Positions 8,522 to 17,592 of a stretch of 45,912 nucleotides of DNA are shown here, in pieces (position 1 is the stretch's first letter; each line of letters opens with the position of its first letter). This DNA is from an uncultured Prevotellaceae bacterium. Its GTDB lineage: Bacteria > Bacteroidota > Bacteroidia > Bacteroidales > Bacteroidaceae. The translations under genes and the position numbers were made by a program. The stretch lies in NCBI GenBank assembly GCA_946622085.1, contig CAMOPD010000001.1, positions 1 to 45,912 of the forward strand. The letters run 5' to 3'. A model generated the notes under the pieces. The model searched no databases and was not told where the DNA came from. It was given only the letters and a program-made list of their open reading frames with translations.

Positions 8522-10183
8522 ATGAAAAAACTCTTTTTGCTCATCGGCATGCTGTGCGGTGCGCTCACCGCTTCGTTAGCATGCACCAACTTCATTGTGG
8601 GCAAGGATGCATCGGCCGACGGCTCGGTCATCTGCACCTACAACGCCGACTCCTATGGCATGTTCATCGGACTCTATCATTTCCCTGCCGCCAAGCATGC
8701 TCCCGGCACCATGCACGACGTGTACGACTGGGACACCAACAAGTATCACGGGCAGATTGCCGAGGCTCCGGAGACCTATAGCGTCATAGGCAACATCAAC
8801 GAATATCAGCTCACCATCGGCGAAACCACCTTCGGAGGCCGTGAGGAGATGGTCGACTCAACGGGCATCATCGACTATGGCTCGCTCATCTACATCACCC
8901 TGCAGCGCGCCAAGACGGCCCGCGAAGCCATTCGCGTGATGACCACTCTCGTGGAGCAATACGGCTACAACTCCGAGGGCGAGACCTTCAGCATCTGCGA
9001 CCCCAACGAAGCCTGGATTCTCGAAATGATGGGATGCGGCCCCGACCGCAAGGTGTCGAAAGAGCGCACCGTCTGGGTGGCCATACGCATTCCCGACGAT
9101 GCCATCTGCGCCCATGCCAACCAGAGCCGCATCACACGCTTCGACATGAAGGACAAGAAGAACGTCATGTATTCTAAAAACGTGGTGAGCTACGCCCGAA
9201 AGAAGGGCTGGTTCAGTGGGCGTGATGCCGACTTCAGCTACAACGATGCCTATGCCCGCCCCGACTTCGGCGGACGCCGCTATTGCGAGGCTCGCGTGTG
9301 GTCGTTCTTCCGTCATTTCGACGCTTCGTTCGACCGCTATCTGCCCTTCGTCGAGGGTAAGCAGCCTCTTGAACAAGTGGAGCGCATGCCCCTCTGGATA
9401 AAGCCCGCACGGAAAGTGAGTGTGCAGGAAGTAATGGCCTGCATGCGCGACCACTATGAAGGCACAGCCCTCGCCCTCGACAATGATATGGGCGGCGGCA
9501 TCTGGGAGATGCCCTATCGGCCCACACCACTCTCCTTCAAGGTGGACGGCAAGGAATATTTCAACGAGCGACCCGTGAGCACACAGCAGACGGGATTCAC
9601 CTTCGTAAGCCAGATGCGCTCGTGGCTGCCGCGACAGATTGGCGGATGCTTCTGGTTTGGCAATGACGACGGCAACATGGTGGCCTATACGCCCATCTAT
9701 TGCGGCAACACGGTGCAGCCCGAATGCTACAATACTCCGGGCGCCGACGCACTCACCTTCAGCGACAAGAATGCTTACTGGGTGTGCAACTGGGTGGCCA
9801 ACATGGTCTATCCCCGCTACAGCATGATGTTCCCGTCGCTCCAGCAGGTGCGCGACTCGCTTGAGCAGAGCTACCTGGCCCAGCAAAAGCAGGTGGAGGA
9901 CCGCGCCGTGATGCTCTACGCCGAGAATCCGCAGAATGCCATCGACTATCTCACGGGCTACAGCAATGCCCAGGCACAGGAAATGCTGGCTCGATGGAAA
10001 CAGCTGGCCACCTATCTGATTGTGAAATACAACGACATGGCCGTGAAGCCCGATGAGAACGGCCGTTTCCTGCGCACCAAGGAGGGCCTGGGAGCTACCG
10101 TCAAGCGTCCCGGATTCAACGAGAAGTTCGCACGCGGACTCATTCAGCAAACCGGCGACCGATTCGCCGTTCCCGCCGAATAG
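8522..10183 (+). CDS. C69 family dipeptidase (Ntn hydrolase)
   Basis: Signal peptide followed by nucleophile Cys (ACTNFIVGK..SADGS), NEYQLTIGETTFGGR, LQRAKTAREAI. Confidence 0.9.
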   Translation: MKKLFLLIGMLCGALTASLACTNFIVGKDASADGSVICTYNADSYGMFIGLYHFPAAKHAPGTMHDVYDWDTNKYHGQIAEAPETYSVIGNINEYQLTIGETTFGGREEMVDSTGIIDYGSLIYITLQRAKTAREAIRVMTTLVEQYGYNSEGETFSICDPNEAWILEMMGCGPDRKVSKERTVWVAIRIPDDAICAHANQSRITRFDMKDKKNVMYSKNVVSYARKKGWFSGRDADFSYNDAYARPDFGGRRYCEARVWSFFRHFDASFDRYLPFVEGKQPLEQVERMPLWIKPARKVSVQEVMACMRDHYEGTALALDNDMGGGIWEMPYRPTPLSFKVDGKEYFNERPVSTQQTGFTFVSQMRSWLPRQIGGCFWFGNDDGNMVAYTPIYCGNTVQPECYNTPGADALTFSDKNAYWVCNWVANMVYPRYSMMFPSLQQVRDSLEQSYLAQQKQVEDRAVMLYAENPQNAIDYLTGYSNAQAQEMLARWKQLATYLIVKYNDMAVKPDENGRFLRTKEGLGATVKRPGFNEKFARGLIQQTGDRFAVPAE

Positions 10184-10247
10184 TAGTCCTGTCTTTTTTT
10201 ATTCAGTGTATTTACAACATTCCTTCAACATAACAAACCTAAAACAC

Positions 10248-10832
10248 ATGAAAGCAAGCAAGATGTTCCTGCTGTGTGTAGCGTTTCTCGTGGTCGGCAT
10301 CATGCCCGTAGACGCCCAAAGCAGCAAGATGAAAGCTCGAATGACTCAAATCAGAAACGAATATGCGAAGGCCGTGAAGCTGGCCGACGCGGGGCTGATG
10401 GGACCACGGAAGAACTCACAGGTATTCGTAGCCAACGTCAGCGACCCTCTGGGAACGACGGAGAAGAAGACGGAGTTCATATTCGACAATTCCGAAATGT
10501 CCAAGGAACTCGAAATCTATCCTTGCAAGCTCGTCATGGTGCGCCAGACAGAAGGCCGCATCTACACCGAATATCTCTACGACGATGAGGGGAAGGTTGC
10601 CTTCTACTTCCTGCGCACGCCGGCAGAGGAGAAAGGGCAGACACGAGAATACCGGGCCTACTTCGACACCGACACCACTGGTTGGGTGATCGACAGATAC
10701 ATTGACAACAAAACAAAGAAAGTGATTAATGAATATCCGTCGGAATTGGAATACGACATGGAGATTTTCCAGCTGCGCCAGGCCGCCGACCTGTTCTCAG
10801 CGTTCCAATTGCTGAACAGAATCTATGAATAA
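10248..10832 (+). CDS. Exported hypothetical protein
   Basis: ATG at 10248 after an A-rich leader gives MKASKMFLLCVAFLVVGIMPVDA, a signal peptide; the track's upstream extension overlaps the C69 gene. Confidence 0.75.
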   Translation: MKASKMFLLCVAFLVVGIMPVDAQSSKMKARMTQIRNEYAKAVKLADAGLMGPRKNSQVFVANVSDPLGTTEKKTEFIFDNSEMSKELEIYPCKLVMVRQTEGRIYTEYLYDDEGKVAFYFLRTPAEEKGQTREYRAYFDTDTTGWVIDRYIDNKTKKVINEYPSELEYDMEIFQLRQAADLFSAFQLLNRIYE

Positions 10833-10861
10833 TATACATATCTTATTTATTAATAGAAGCA

Positions 10862-11389
10862 ATGAAAGACTTTAAAGATTTGGTGCAGATGCGCCGCAGC
10901 CACCGCAAGTTCACCGACGAGGAAATCAGTGCCGACGACGTGAGGCTCATCTTGCGGGCCGCCCTGATGTCGCCAACGTCGAAAGGGCGTCGTGCATGGC
11001 ATTTCACCGTAGTTGACGACAAGACCGACCTTCAGAAGTTGGCCGATGCCAAGGAACTCTACGCCCAGTTTGTGGCTGGAGCACCGCTCGCCGTGGTGGT
11101 GAGCTGCAGTCCCACCGAAGATGAGTGCTGGATAGAAGATACGGCCATCGCGGCCATCAGCATGCAGATGCAGGCTGAGGACTTGGGGCTGGGCTCCTGC
11201 TGGGCCCAGATGCGCGACAATCATCTCACCGACGGCACGGCTTCTGAAGACGTGATTCGCGGCATTCTCAACATTCCCGACGACCAGCGCATTCTCTGCG
11301 TGCTTGCCTTTGGCCATAAGGCCGACGAGCGCAAACCGCAGAATGAAGACCGGCTGAAGTGGGAAAACGTGCACATCGGGCAATGGTAA
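10862..11389 (+). CDS. Nitroreductase family protein
   Basis: RRSHRKF, ALMSPTS..RRAWHF, AEDLGLGSCW. Confidence 0.92.
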   Translation: MKDFKDLVQMRRSHRKFTDEEISADDVRLILRAALMSPTSKGRRAWHFTVVDDKTDLQKLADAKELYAQFVAGAPLAVVVSCSPTEDECWIEDTAIAAISMQMQAEDLGLGSCWAQMRDNHLTDGTASEDVIRGILNIPDDQRILCVLAFGHKADERKPQNEDRLKWENVHIGQW

Positions 11390-11391
11390 GC

Positions 11392-12183
11392 ATGGAGGAA
11401 CGGCCGGCGCGCATTGTCTTGGTGGGTGCCGGCAACTTGGCCACCCATCTGGGTCGTGCCCTGCAGGAAGCCGGCCACCACATCGTGCAGGTGTTCTCGC
11501 GCACCATCGAGTCGGCCCAATGGCTGGGCGAACGGCTGAACGCTCCGGCAACGACCCGTCTGGAAGACGTCGCTACCGATGCCGATGCCTACATCATCGC
11601 CGTGAAGGACTCGGCGCTCGCCCAGGTGGTGGAAACGCTTGGCAAGGGTGGGGCAGAAGGGGTGCTGATGCACACCGCGGGGAGCATGCCTATGAGTGTC
11701 TTCCAAGGCCATGCCGCCCACTATGGCGTGCTCTATCCCATGCAGACATTCTCAAAGGGCAAGGAGGTTGACTTCAGCGAAATTCCTGTCTTCGTTGAAG
11801 CATCCGACGCTCTGGCCGACGCCGTGATTCAGCGGCTGGCACGCTCGGTGAGCGGCAGCGTCTATCAAGTCTCTTCGGCCCAGCGTCGCTACATTCATCT
11901 TTCGGCTGTCTTTGCATGCAACTTTGTCAACCATTGTTATGCCCTCTCGGCCGACATCCTGGCCGAACATGGTGTCCCCTTCAGTGTGATGTTGCCGCTC
12001 ATTGACGAGACGGCACGCAAAGTTCATCTCATGGAGCCTCGCCAGGCTCAGACGGGGCCCGCCGTGCGCTACGATGAGAATGTCATGGGCCGGCATCTCG
12101 ACCTCTTGAAGGAACATGCCGACATGGCCGAGCTATACCAACTAATGAGCAAGAGTATTCATCAACATCAACGAAATGATTAA
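11392..12183 (+). CDS. Rossmann-like + DUF2520 oxidoreductase (PanG-like ketopantoate reductase candidate)
   Basis: VGAGNLA dinucleotide fold, [20 protein letters not shown]; start 11392 or 11383. Confidence 0.82.
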   Translation: MEERPARIVLVGAGNLATHLGRALQEAGHHIVQVFSRTIESAQWLGERLNAPATTRLEDVATDADAYIIAVKDSALAQVVETLGKGGAEGVLMHTAGSMPMSVFQGHAAHYGVLYPMQTFSKGKEVDFSEIPVFVEASDALADAVIQRLARSVSGSVYQVSSAQRRYIHLSAVFACNFVNHCYALSADILAEHGVPFSVMLPLIDETARKVHLMEPRQAQTGPAVRYDENVMGRHLDLLKEHADMAELYQLMSKSIHQHQRND

Positions 12184-12694
12184 CTACGACTTGAAGAAAA
12201 TACGCGCCGTGATATTCGATGTTGACGGCGTGCTGAGTGCCGAAACCATCACGCTTCACCCCAGCGGTGAGCCCATGCGCACGGTGAACATCAAGGATGG
12301 CTACGCCATTCAGCTGGCTCAGAAAATGGGACTTCGCATCGCTATCATGACCGGTGGCAACACCGAGAGCATCAGGCTGCGCTATGAACGGCTGGGGGTG
12401 GAAGACATCTACATGCAATGCGCCGTGAAAATCAAGACCTACGAGGCGTTTCTGGCCAAATATGGGCTGAGCGACGACGAGGTGATCTACGTTGGCGACG
12501 ACATACCCGACTACGAAATCATGAGCCGTTGCGGATGCCCCTGTTGTCCGGCCGACGCCTGTTCCGACATCAAGTCCGTCAGCATCTACATCAGCCATCT
12601 TCCCGGTGGCTATGGCTGTGGCCGCGACGTCATTGAGCAGGTGCTGCGCGCCCAGGAGAAATGGCTCAGCAGCGAGAAAGCTTTCGGATGGTAG
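12176..12694 (+). CDS. kdsC: KDO 8-phosphate phosphatase (HAD, YrbI family)
   Basis: [35 protein letters not shown]. Confidence 0.88.
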   Translation: MINYDLKKIRAVIFDVDGVLSAETITLHPSGEPMRTVNIKDGYAIQLAQKMGLRIAIMTGGNTESIRLRYERLGVEDIYMQCAVKIKTYEAFLAKYGLSDDEVIYVGDDIPDYEIMSRCGCPCCPADACSDIKSVSIYISHLPGGYGCGRDVIEQVLRAQEKWLSSEKAFGW

Positions 12695-12718
12695 CATCTA
12701 ATAAATCAACATGCAGCA

Positions 12719-13291
12719 ATGAATACAAACCACAAAATCATCCTTTCGAGCAATTCGCCCCGAAGAAAGGAACTCCTGGCGGGGCTCGACCTTGATTTCA
12801 GCGTGCGGGTGCTCGCCGGCATTGACGAGAGCTACCCACCCACGCTACCCGTTGGCGAGATTGCCCAATACATTGCCGGCAAGAAGGCCGACGCCTATCG
12901 GCGTTCGATGGCCGACGACGAGCTGGTCATCACTGCCGACACCATTGTGGTGCTGGGCAACGAAGTGCTGGGCAAGCCCCATGACGAAGCCGATGCCGTG
13001 CGCATGCTTCACGAATTGAGCGGGAAGACCCATCAGGTCATCACTGGCGTCTGCCTCACTACCAAGGACCGCCAGCGAAGGTTCAGCGTGAGCACCGATG
13101 TCACTTTCAAGACTTTCACCGACGACGAAATAGCCTATTACGTTTCCAAATACAAGCCCATGGACAAGGCTGGCGCCTACGGCATTCAGGAGTGGATAGG
13201 CCACATCGGAGTGACGGCGCTCAATGGCAGTTATTTCAATGTGATGGGGCTGCCCGTGCAGCGCATCTACAGCGAATTGCAACACTTTTAG
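12719..13291 (+). CDS. maf: Maf-like nucleotide pyrophosphatase
   Basis: LSSNSPRRKELL, ITADTIV, DKAGAYGIQ, NVMGLP. Confidence 0.93.
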   Translation: MNTNHKIILSSNSPRRKELLAGLDLDFSVRVLAGIDESYPPTLPVGEIAQYIAGKKADAYRRSMADDELVITADTIVVLGNEVLGKPHDEADAVRMLHELSGKTHQVITGVCLTTKDRQRRFSVSTDVTFKTFTDDEIAYYVSKYKPMDKAGAYGIQEWIGHIGVTALNGSYFNVMGLPVQRIYSELQHF

Positions 13292-13344
13292 GCCCCATCT
13301 GTCGGCAAAAATCCTCCTCTTGTCGAAAAAAAGTCGCCGAAATA

Positions 13345-13376
13345 TTTGCTTTGTTCGGATGAAAAGCATATATTTG
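13345..13376 (+). promoter_or_regulatory. Canonical -33/-7 promoter with no downstream CDS
   Basis: TTTG (13345-13348), 20-bp spacer, TATATTTG (13369-13376). Confidence 0.75.
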
Positions 13377-13380
13377 CAGT

Positions 13381-13473
13381 GTTATTGCAAGGAGCAATAG
13401 CAAACTAGTAATTTTAATCTATATTTATCATTTTCCTAAGGGAGTTTGTCTGTGAAGATAAACTCCTTTTTTT
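13381..13473 (+). ncRNA. Candidate ~90-nt small RNA
   Basis: Promoter immediately upstream; 5' hairpin gttattgc-aagga-gcaatagc; AU-rich middle; terminator at the 3' end; no ATG inside. Confidence 0.6.
13441..13473 (+). terminator. Intrinsic terminator
   Basis: GGAGTTTGTC-tgtgaa-GATAAACTCC followed by T7. Confidence 0.85.
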
Positions 13474-13725
13474 GGGGGGTATGCACAACATGGGCGTACC
13501 AAGCGAGCCCTGATGATGTGGAAATCGAAGAGCAAGGCTGTCGGCTGCTACGAGGAAACAGAAGGAAGCTGGCGGCAAATACTCGGCCTGTTCCTCCCGC
13601 CCCTCACCACCATTTCCTCCCATCAAGTGGAATCAGTCATCTGGATAGCGACTTTTTCTTTTGTGAATGATTCAACTTTAGCAACCCTCCTTGAATTCCT
13701 TGTCCCCCTCTGATGTGCGAAATCA

Positions 13726-13990
13726 TTTTGAATTTTTTTTACAAACTGCAGTCGGACCTATTCATTCTCGTTATAGTGAGCACGCCACTTACGTCGAGTA
13801 AGTGGCGTGCTCACGATGAGTAAGTGGCGTTCTTACTATGCGTAAGTGGCGTGCTTACGAAACGCCAAAAATGGGGTTTCTTTCAATGTGTTGATTATCA
13901 GCTATTTGCGGGAGTTGCTCGCTTTTAGGGTTTCCTCCACTAAAATGGATGCTAAAATTGGCCTTTTTTGCTTTGAAAAATATTTACAAA
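13726..13990. repeat. Dispersed modular repeat, copy 2 (more diverged, longer spacer)
   Basis: Boxes at 13726-13745 and 13971-13990; 22-bp units at 13776, 13798, 13820, 13842; ttgattatcagctatttg at 13891. Confidence 0.85.
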
Positions 13991-14172
13991 GTATGGTTCG
14001 CTCCATAGTCGCAAACGATGCTTTTCGGGTGTGTGTAGCGGCTTCAGCCTTAGTGCCATTTCAGCCGCCTTACGCCGAACGGTGCGCGTAAGGTGACGCA
14101 AGAGGTCGCAAGGGTAATAATCCCTCAATTAAAAATTATTGGTTTCAGGTAAAGTATAATCATGACATGAAG

Positions 14173-14222
14173 AAAAAAACAAGAGATGCCAACTTCTTTA
14201 GGTTGGCATCTCTTGTTTTTTT
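14173..14222 (-). terminator. Strong (bidirectional-type) intrinsic terminator after the pectate lyase gene
   Basis: aaaaaaacaagagatgccaac / gttggcatctcttgttttttt perfect 21-bp inverted repeat. Confidence 0.9.
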
Positions 14223-14244
14223 GTTTATGGTCTTTCTCTTTTTT

Positions 14245-17064
14245 TTATTCCACGGGCACCAGTTTGATGACCATGACAAGGCCTTCGGCGTTGCCTTTGG
14301 TGATGACATATTTGGTGCCTGCGCTGACGGCGATGGGCTCCAGCTCGTAGTAGGCACCATCGGTGTTGGCGGTTCCGCTGACGGTTGTCAGTTGGCCGTT
14401 GAGCGTCACGTCGCGTCCCGATTTGCTTGTTGCCATGACGATGGTCATGTTGTAGTTCTGCGAGGGCGTGAAGGTGATGGAACCCTTGCTGTTGAGCTTC
14501 ACACCTTTCTTATAATAAGTACCCATGTAGGTGGACTTGCCGTCGCCATAGTCGCCGGCAACCGTGAACATGCTGTTCGAGGGCGAACCGTCGAACGAGG
14601 CTATGATGGTTCCTGTGGGGGCGTCGCCGCCGCCCGGTTCTTCGCCGCCGCCAGGCTCTTCGCCGCCGCCGGGCTCAACGCTTGGCGTATTGTCGTCGCC
14701 GAAGAATCCAACAAGGCTGCTCGTGTATCTGTCGAGTACAGCCCCGAGAGTGGTGTCGTAGGCCGAGTCGGCATCATCGTTGCCAATGTTGTCGGTGAAT
14801 GTGTATTGCAAGTCGCCATGGTTCAGTCGGCCGGCTCCATAGTAGCCCATCACTTTGGAGGGCACATCCTCCACCTCGTCGGGCGTGTAGGCGTACATCA
14901 GGCTGCCGTTGGTGTCGAAGTTGTTGTAGGTGTGGCCGCCCTGCCGTGTCTTTTCCGTTGCAGGCACTTGCTCGTCGCGAGTCTGGGTTTCGTAGGCATC
15001 ATATCCCGTCGTGGGGTCAGGATTGTTCTGGGTATAGTAGCGGAAGTTCTTGGCCGAGCGGTCGAAGTAATTTCCGAAAGCCTTGATGATGCCGCCGTCT
15101 TCGCCCGTGAAGGTGCCGCTGCCCTTAGCATCGGTTCCCTGATTGCTCGAGAGGATGGGCTTCTTGGTGTTGAGGAAGTAGTTGTTCTCAACAAACACGC
15201 TGGCACCCGTTGTAGCACCCACGCCATATTTGGCCACGTTGTCGAAGTAGTTGTTCCAAACGTGCACGCTCATGGTGCGCACGCGCGGATGGCGCGAGTC
15301 GCTGTGGTCGAACCAGTTGTGGTCGTAGCTGATGTAGTTGGGGCCGCTTTCGCTCTTCATGCCATACATAGAGCTCTTGCCCGTGTCCCAGTAGTGGCAG
15401 TAGCTCACGGTGACGAGCTTCGAGTCTGCCTTCACGTCGATGGAGCCGTCGCCCTTCTCGTGGTCGCCGCCGCCGTGCTTGCCGTAGAACATGTCTATGT
15501 GGTGAATCCAGATGTTCGAGTTGTCGGTGTCGAGCGAGAGGCCGTCGTCCATGCAGCGTATGATGGCGAAGTTGCGGAACTCCACGCCCTTGCAGTTGCG
15601 CACCAGGAATCCGAAGCCCTTGAGCGAGGCATCGTCGCCAATGCCCTCGAAGGTGATGTTCATCTCAGAGTCGGCCCTGCGCCCCTTCACCTGCAGTCCT
15701 TCTTCTGAAGAACCACAATCGTCGAGGTCGTCTTTCTCCACCATGCCGACGAATCGGAAGGCGATGGGCGTGGTGTCGCCGCCCTTTTCATAACCTGCGA
15801 TGATGGCCTGGATGCCCACACAGGGATTCGACTCAGCTCCGGCCACGGTGGTGGTGATGGTCTTGGCCGTCTGCTTCGTCACGTAGAACACCTTGGCGCC
15901 GCTCTTCAGCGAGCCGTCGGCATTGTAGGCTCCTGGCGAATAGCCATCCTTGAAGGCGAATCCTTCGCGCGGATAGTTCACCACGGCCAGACGGTCGGCC
16001 GTGCTGGCCTTGCTGTCGTCCTCGCTGCCGTCAATCACAGGCACCACCTTCAGCGAGTAGTCGCCGGCCACGAGTCCCACCATGTCGGCGCGGCCGTAAG
16101 AACCGTAGTTTCTCACCAGCTGCTGGTCAATCTTAGTGTAGTCGGCATAGTTGCCGCCCTTCACATAGACGGCGTATGAGGTGGCTCCTTCAAGGAGTCT
16201 CCATTTGGCATAGACCGTCTCGAACCAGCCTTTGGCTTCGGTGATTTCCACGCCGTTGTTGCTGATTTCTCCCTGCTGGCCTTCGTCGATGGGCTTGGTG
16301 AAAGTGATGTCGGCCACGCTGTTGTTGTATTCATCGTTCACGTTGGCGCCGAAGGGAATCACCGTCACCTTGCTCGAAGCGTCGTCGATGTCGATGCTCT
16401 CGAGGTCTTCGGTGTTGTAGTATTTCTTCTCGCCCGACGTCAGATTCATCACGGCCTGCATCTTATAGGGATTCTTGGCCACATTGTTCATAATGATGTC
16501 CTGGTTCTCTTCGCCGCCTTGGCCTTCGGGTGCTTCCGTCACGCTGATGGTGTAAACGTTCATGCTGCCCGTGCTCGAGGAGAGCGTCACGTCGCCATCC
16601 TGAGCCACGGTGCCCGTGCCCTGCTGTCTGGTGTTCTTGTCGGCAGCCTGGAATCCGCTGATGCCGGCAAGATTGGAAGCATTGTCGAGCGTGGTGGCAT
16701 TGTCGCCCGTCGAGGCACACGTCACCGTCACCACCTGTCCTTTCTTCAGTCCGGGGATGGTCACCGAAACTTCCTTGCCAGCCAGCTGTATGCGATTGGC
16801 CACGTCGATTCTTATCTTCTTGGCATCGCCTCTGAAACGGAGTCCCTTGGTAAGCTGCAGTTCCGTTCCTCCTGCGGTGAGTGGTCCGTTGATGGCCTTC
16901 TTGCTTTCAAATCTGTTATTGGTTTCGGTGTAGGTCCATTCGCTGGTAGCCGCTTTCAGGGCAGCCACGTCGCTGGCATTCTCTACGGTGAAATCCCATG
17001 TGGTTTGCGCTTTGGCACCCGCAAAACTGAGCAGGGCAACCAAAAGAATAAGATATTTTTTCAT
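14245..17064 (-). CDS. Multidomain pectate lyase (PL1) with N-terminal beta-rich and FN3-like modules and a C-terminal CBM77-like domain
   Basis: Signal peptide; NIWIHH (vWiDH-like), GDGSIDVK, RHPRVR (RxPxxR), HVWNNYF; EPGGGE linker; C-terminal module resembling pectin-binding CBM77. Confidence 0.87.
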   Translation of the reverse strand: MKKYLILLVALLSFAGAKAQTTWDFTVENASDVAALKAATSEWTYTETNNRFESKKAINGPLTAGGTELQLTKGLRFRGDAKKIRIDVANRIQLAGKEVSVTIPGLKKGQVVTVTCASTGDNATTLDNASNLAGISGFQAADKNTRQQGTGTVAQDGDVTLSSSTGSMNVYTISVTEAPEGQGGEENQDIIMNNVAKNPYKMQAVMNLTSGEKKYYNTEDLESIDIDDASSKVTVIPFGANVNDEYNNSVADITFTKPIDEGQQGEISNNGVEITEAKGWFETVYAKWRLLEGATSYAVYVKGGNYADYTKIDQQLVRNYGSYGRADMVGLVAGDYSLKVVPVIDGSEDDSKASTADRLAVVNYPREGFAFKDGYSPGAYNADGSLKSGAKVFYVTKQTAKTITTTVAGAESNPCVGIQAIIAGYEKGGDTTPIAFRFVGMVEKDDLDDCGSSEEGLQVKGRRADSEMNITFEGIGDDASLKGFGFLVRNCKGVEFRNFAIIRCMDDGLSLDTDNSNIWIHHIDMFYGKHGGGDHEKGDGSIDVKADSKLVTVSYCHYWDTGKSSMYGMKSESGPNYISYDHNWFDHSDSRHPRVRTMSVHVWNNYFDNVAKYGVGATTGASVFVENNYFLNTKKPILSSNQGTDAKGSGTFTGEDGGIIKAFGNYFDRSAKNFRYYTQNNPDPTTGYDAYETQTRDEQVPATEKTRQGGHTYNNFDTNGSLMYAYTPDEVEDVPSKVMGYYGAGRLNHGDLQYTFTDNIGNDDADSAYDTTLGAVLDRYTSSLVGFFGDDNTPSVEPGGGEEPGGGEEPGGGDAPTGTIIASFDGSPSNSMFTVAGDYGDGKSTYMGTYYKKGVKLNSKGSITFTPSQNYNMTIVMATSKSGRDVTLNGQLTTVSGTANTDGAYYELEPIAVSAGTKYVITKGNAEGLVMVIKLVPVE
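14624..14676 (-). repeat. 3 x 18-bp coding tandem repeat (EPGGGE linker)
   Basis: tcgccgccgcccggttct / tcgccgccgccaggctct / tcgccgccgccgggctc. Confidence 0.85.
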
Positions 17065-17076
17065 GTTTCGGTCGGT

Positions 17077-17475
17077 TTAGTTTTTGATGAGTTTTACGGT
17101 TTTGCTGCCTTTCTTCACAATGTAGATGCCCTTAGGCAGACCGTTCAGGCAGTCGTTGGCCGCGTTGCCGCGCACGTTGCTCAGGAGTTTTCCCTGCGCA
17201 TCGAACACCAAGACGCTGTCCATTTGCCGTTCAGTGCTGAGCGAGCGTATGGCATCGACCACCGAGAAGGCAATCTTCAGCTGCTCGGCGTCTTCGGTGG
17301 TCATCTCCGTGCCGTCGGTGAAGAGCAGCTTGATGCTGTTGCCGCTGAATGTGATTTTGCTTACTGTCTTGTCCACTGTGGTACCGTTCAGTGTGACCGT
17401 CTGGTTGCCTTCGGCCAGCGCACCCGTGCAGAAGAGTGCCGCCAAAGCGCAAGTGAGGAGTAGATTTTTTTTCAT
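17077..17475 (-). CDS. Small secreted protein (132 aa) with T9SS type A C-terminal sorting domain
   Basis: Start MKKNLLL at 17475; signal peptide; ~50-aa beta domain; VFDAQGKLL...LPKGIYIVK..KTVKLIK CTD signature; 12 bp upstream of the PL1 gene. Confidence 0.82.
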   Translation of the reverse strand: MKKNLLLTCALAALFCTGALAEGNQTVTLNGTTVDKTVSKITFSGNSIKLLFTDGTEMTTEDAEQLKIAFSVVDAIRSLSTERQMDSVLVFDAQGKLLSNVRGNAANDCLNGLPKGIYIVKKGSKTVKLIKN

Positions 17476-17538
17476 TTGTATTTTGGTTGTTAGTTGTAGA
17501 ATCAGGCTGCGAAAACTCGTCAGCGAGCTTTCCGGCGG

Positions 17539-17546
17539 CAAAGATA
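17539..17546 (-). promoter_or_regulatory. -7 promoter element of the CTD-protein/pectate lyase operon
   Basis: caaagata reads TATCTTTG on the minus strand. Confidence 0.7.
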
Positions 17547-17592
17547 CGCCTTTTATACCTTATATTATATAGCAAAAGGGCACAAATCAAAC

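Noticed and set aside
13414-14091. Short ORFs of 66-81 aa in the maf-PL1 intergenic region
   Set aside because: They overlap the terminator or the repeat, use weak starts and show no coding signature
14167-15708. 513-aa plus-strand ORF
   Set aside because: Antisense shadow of the pectate lyase caused by GC-rich codon bias; starts in a terminator
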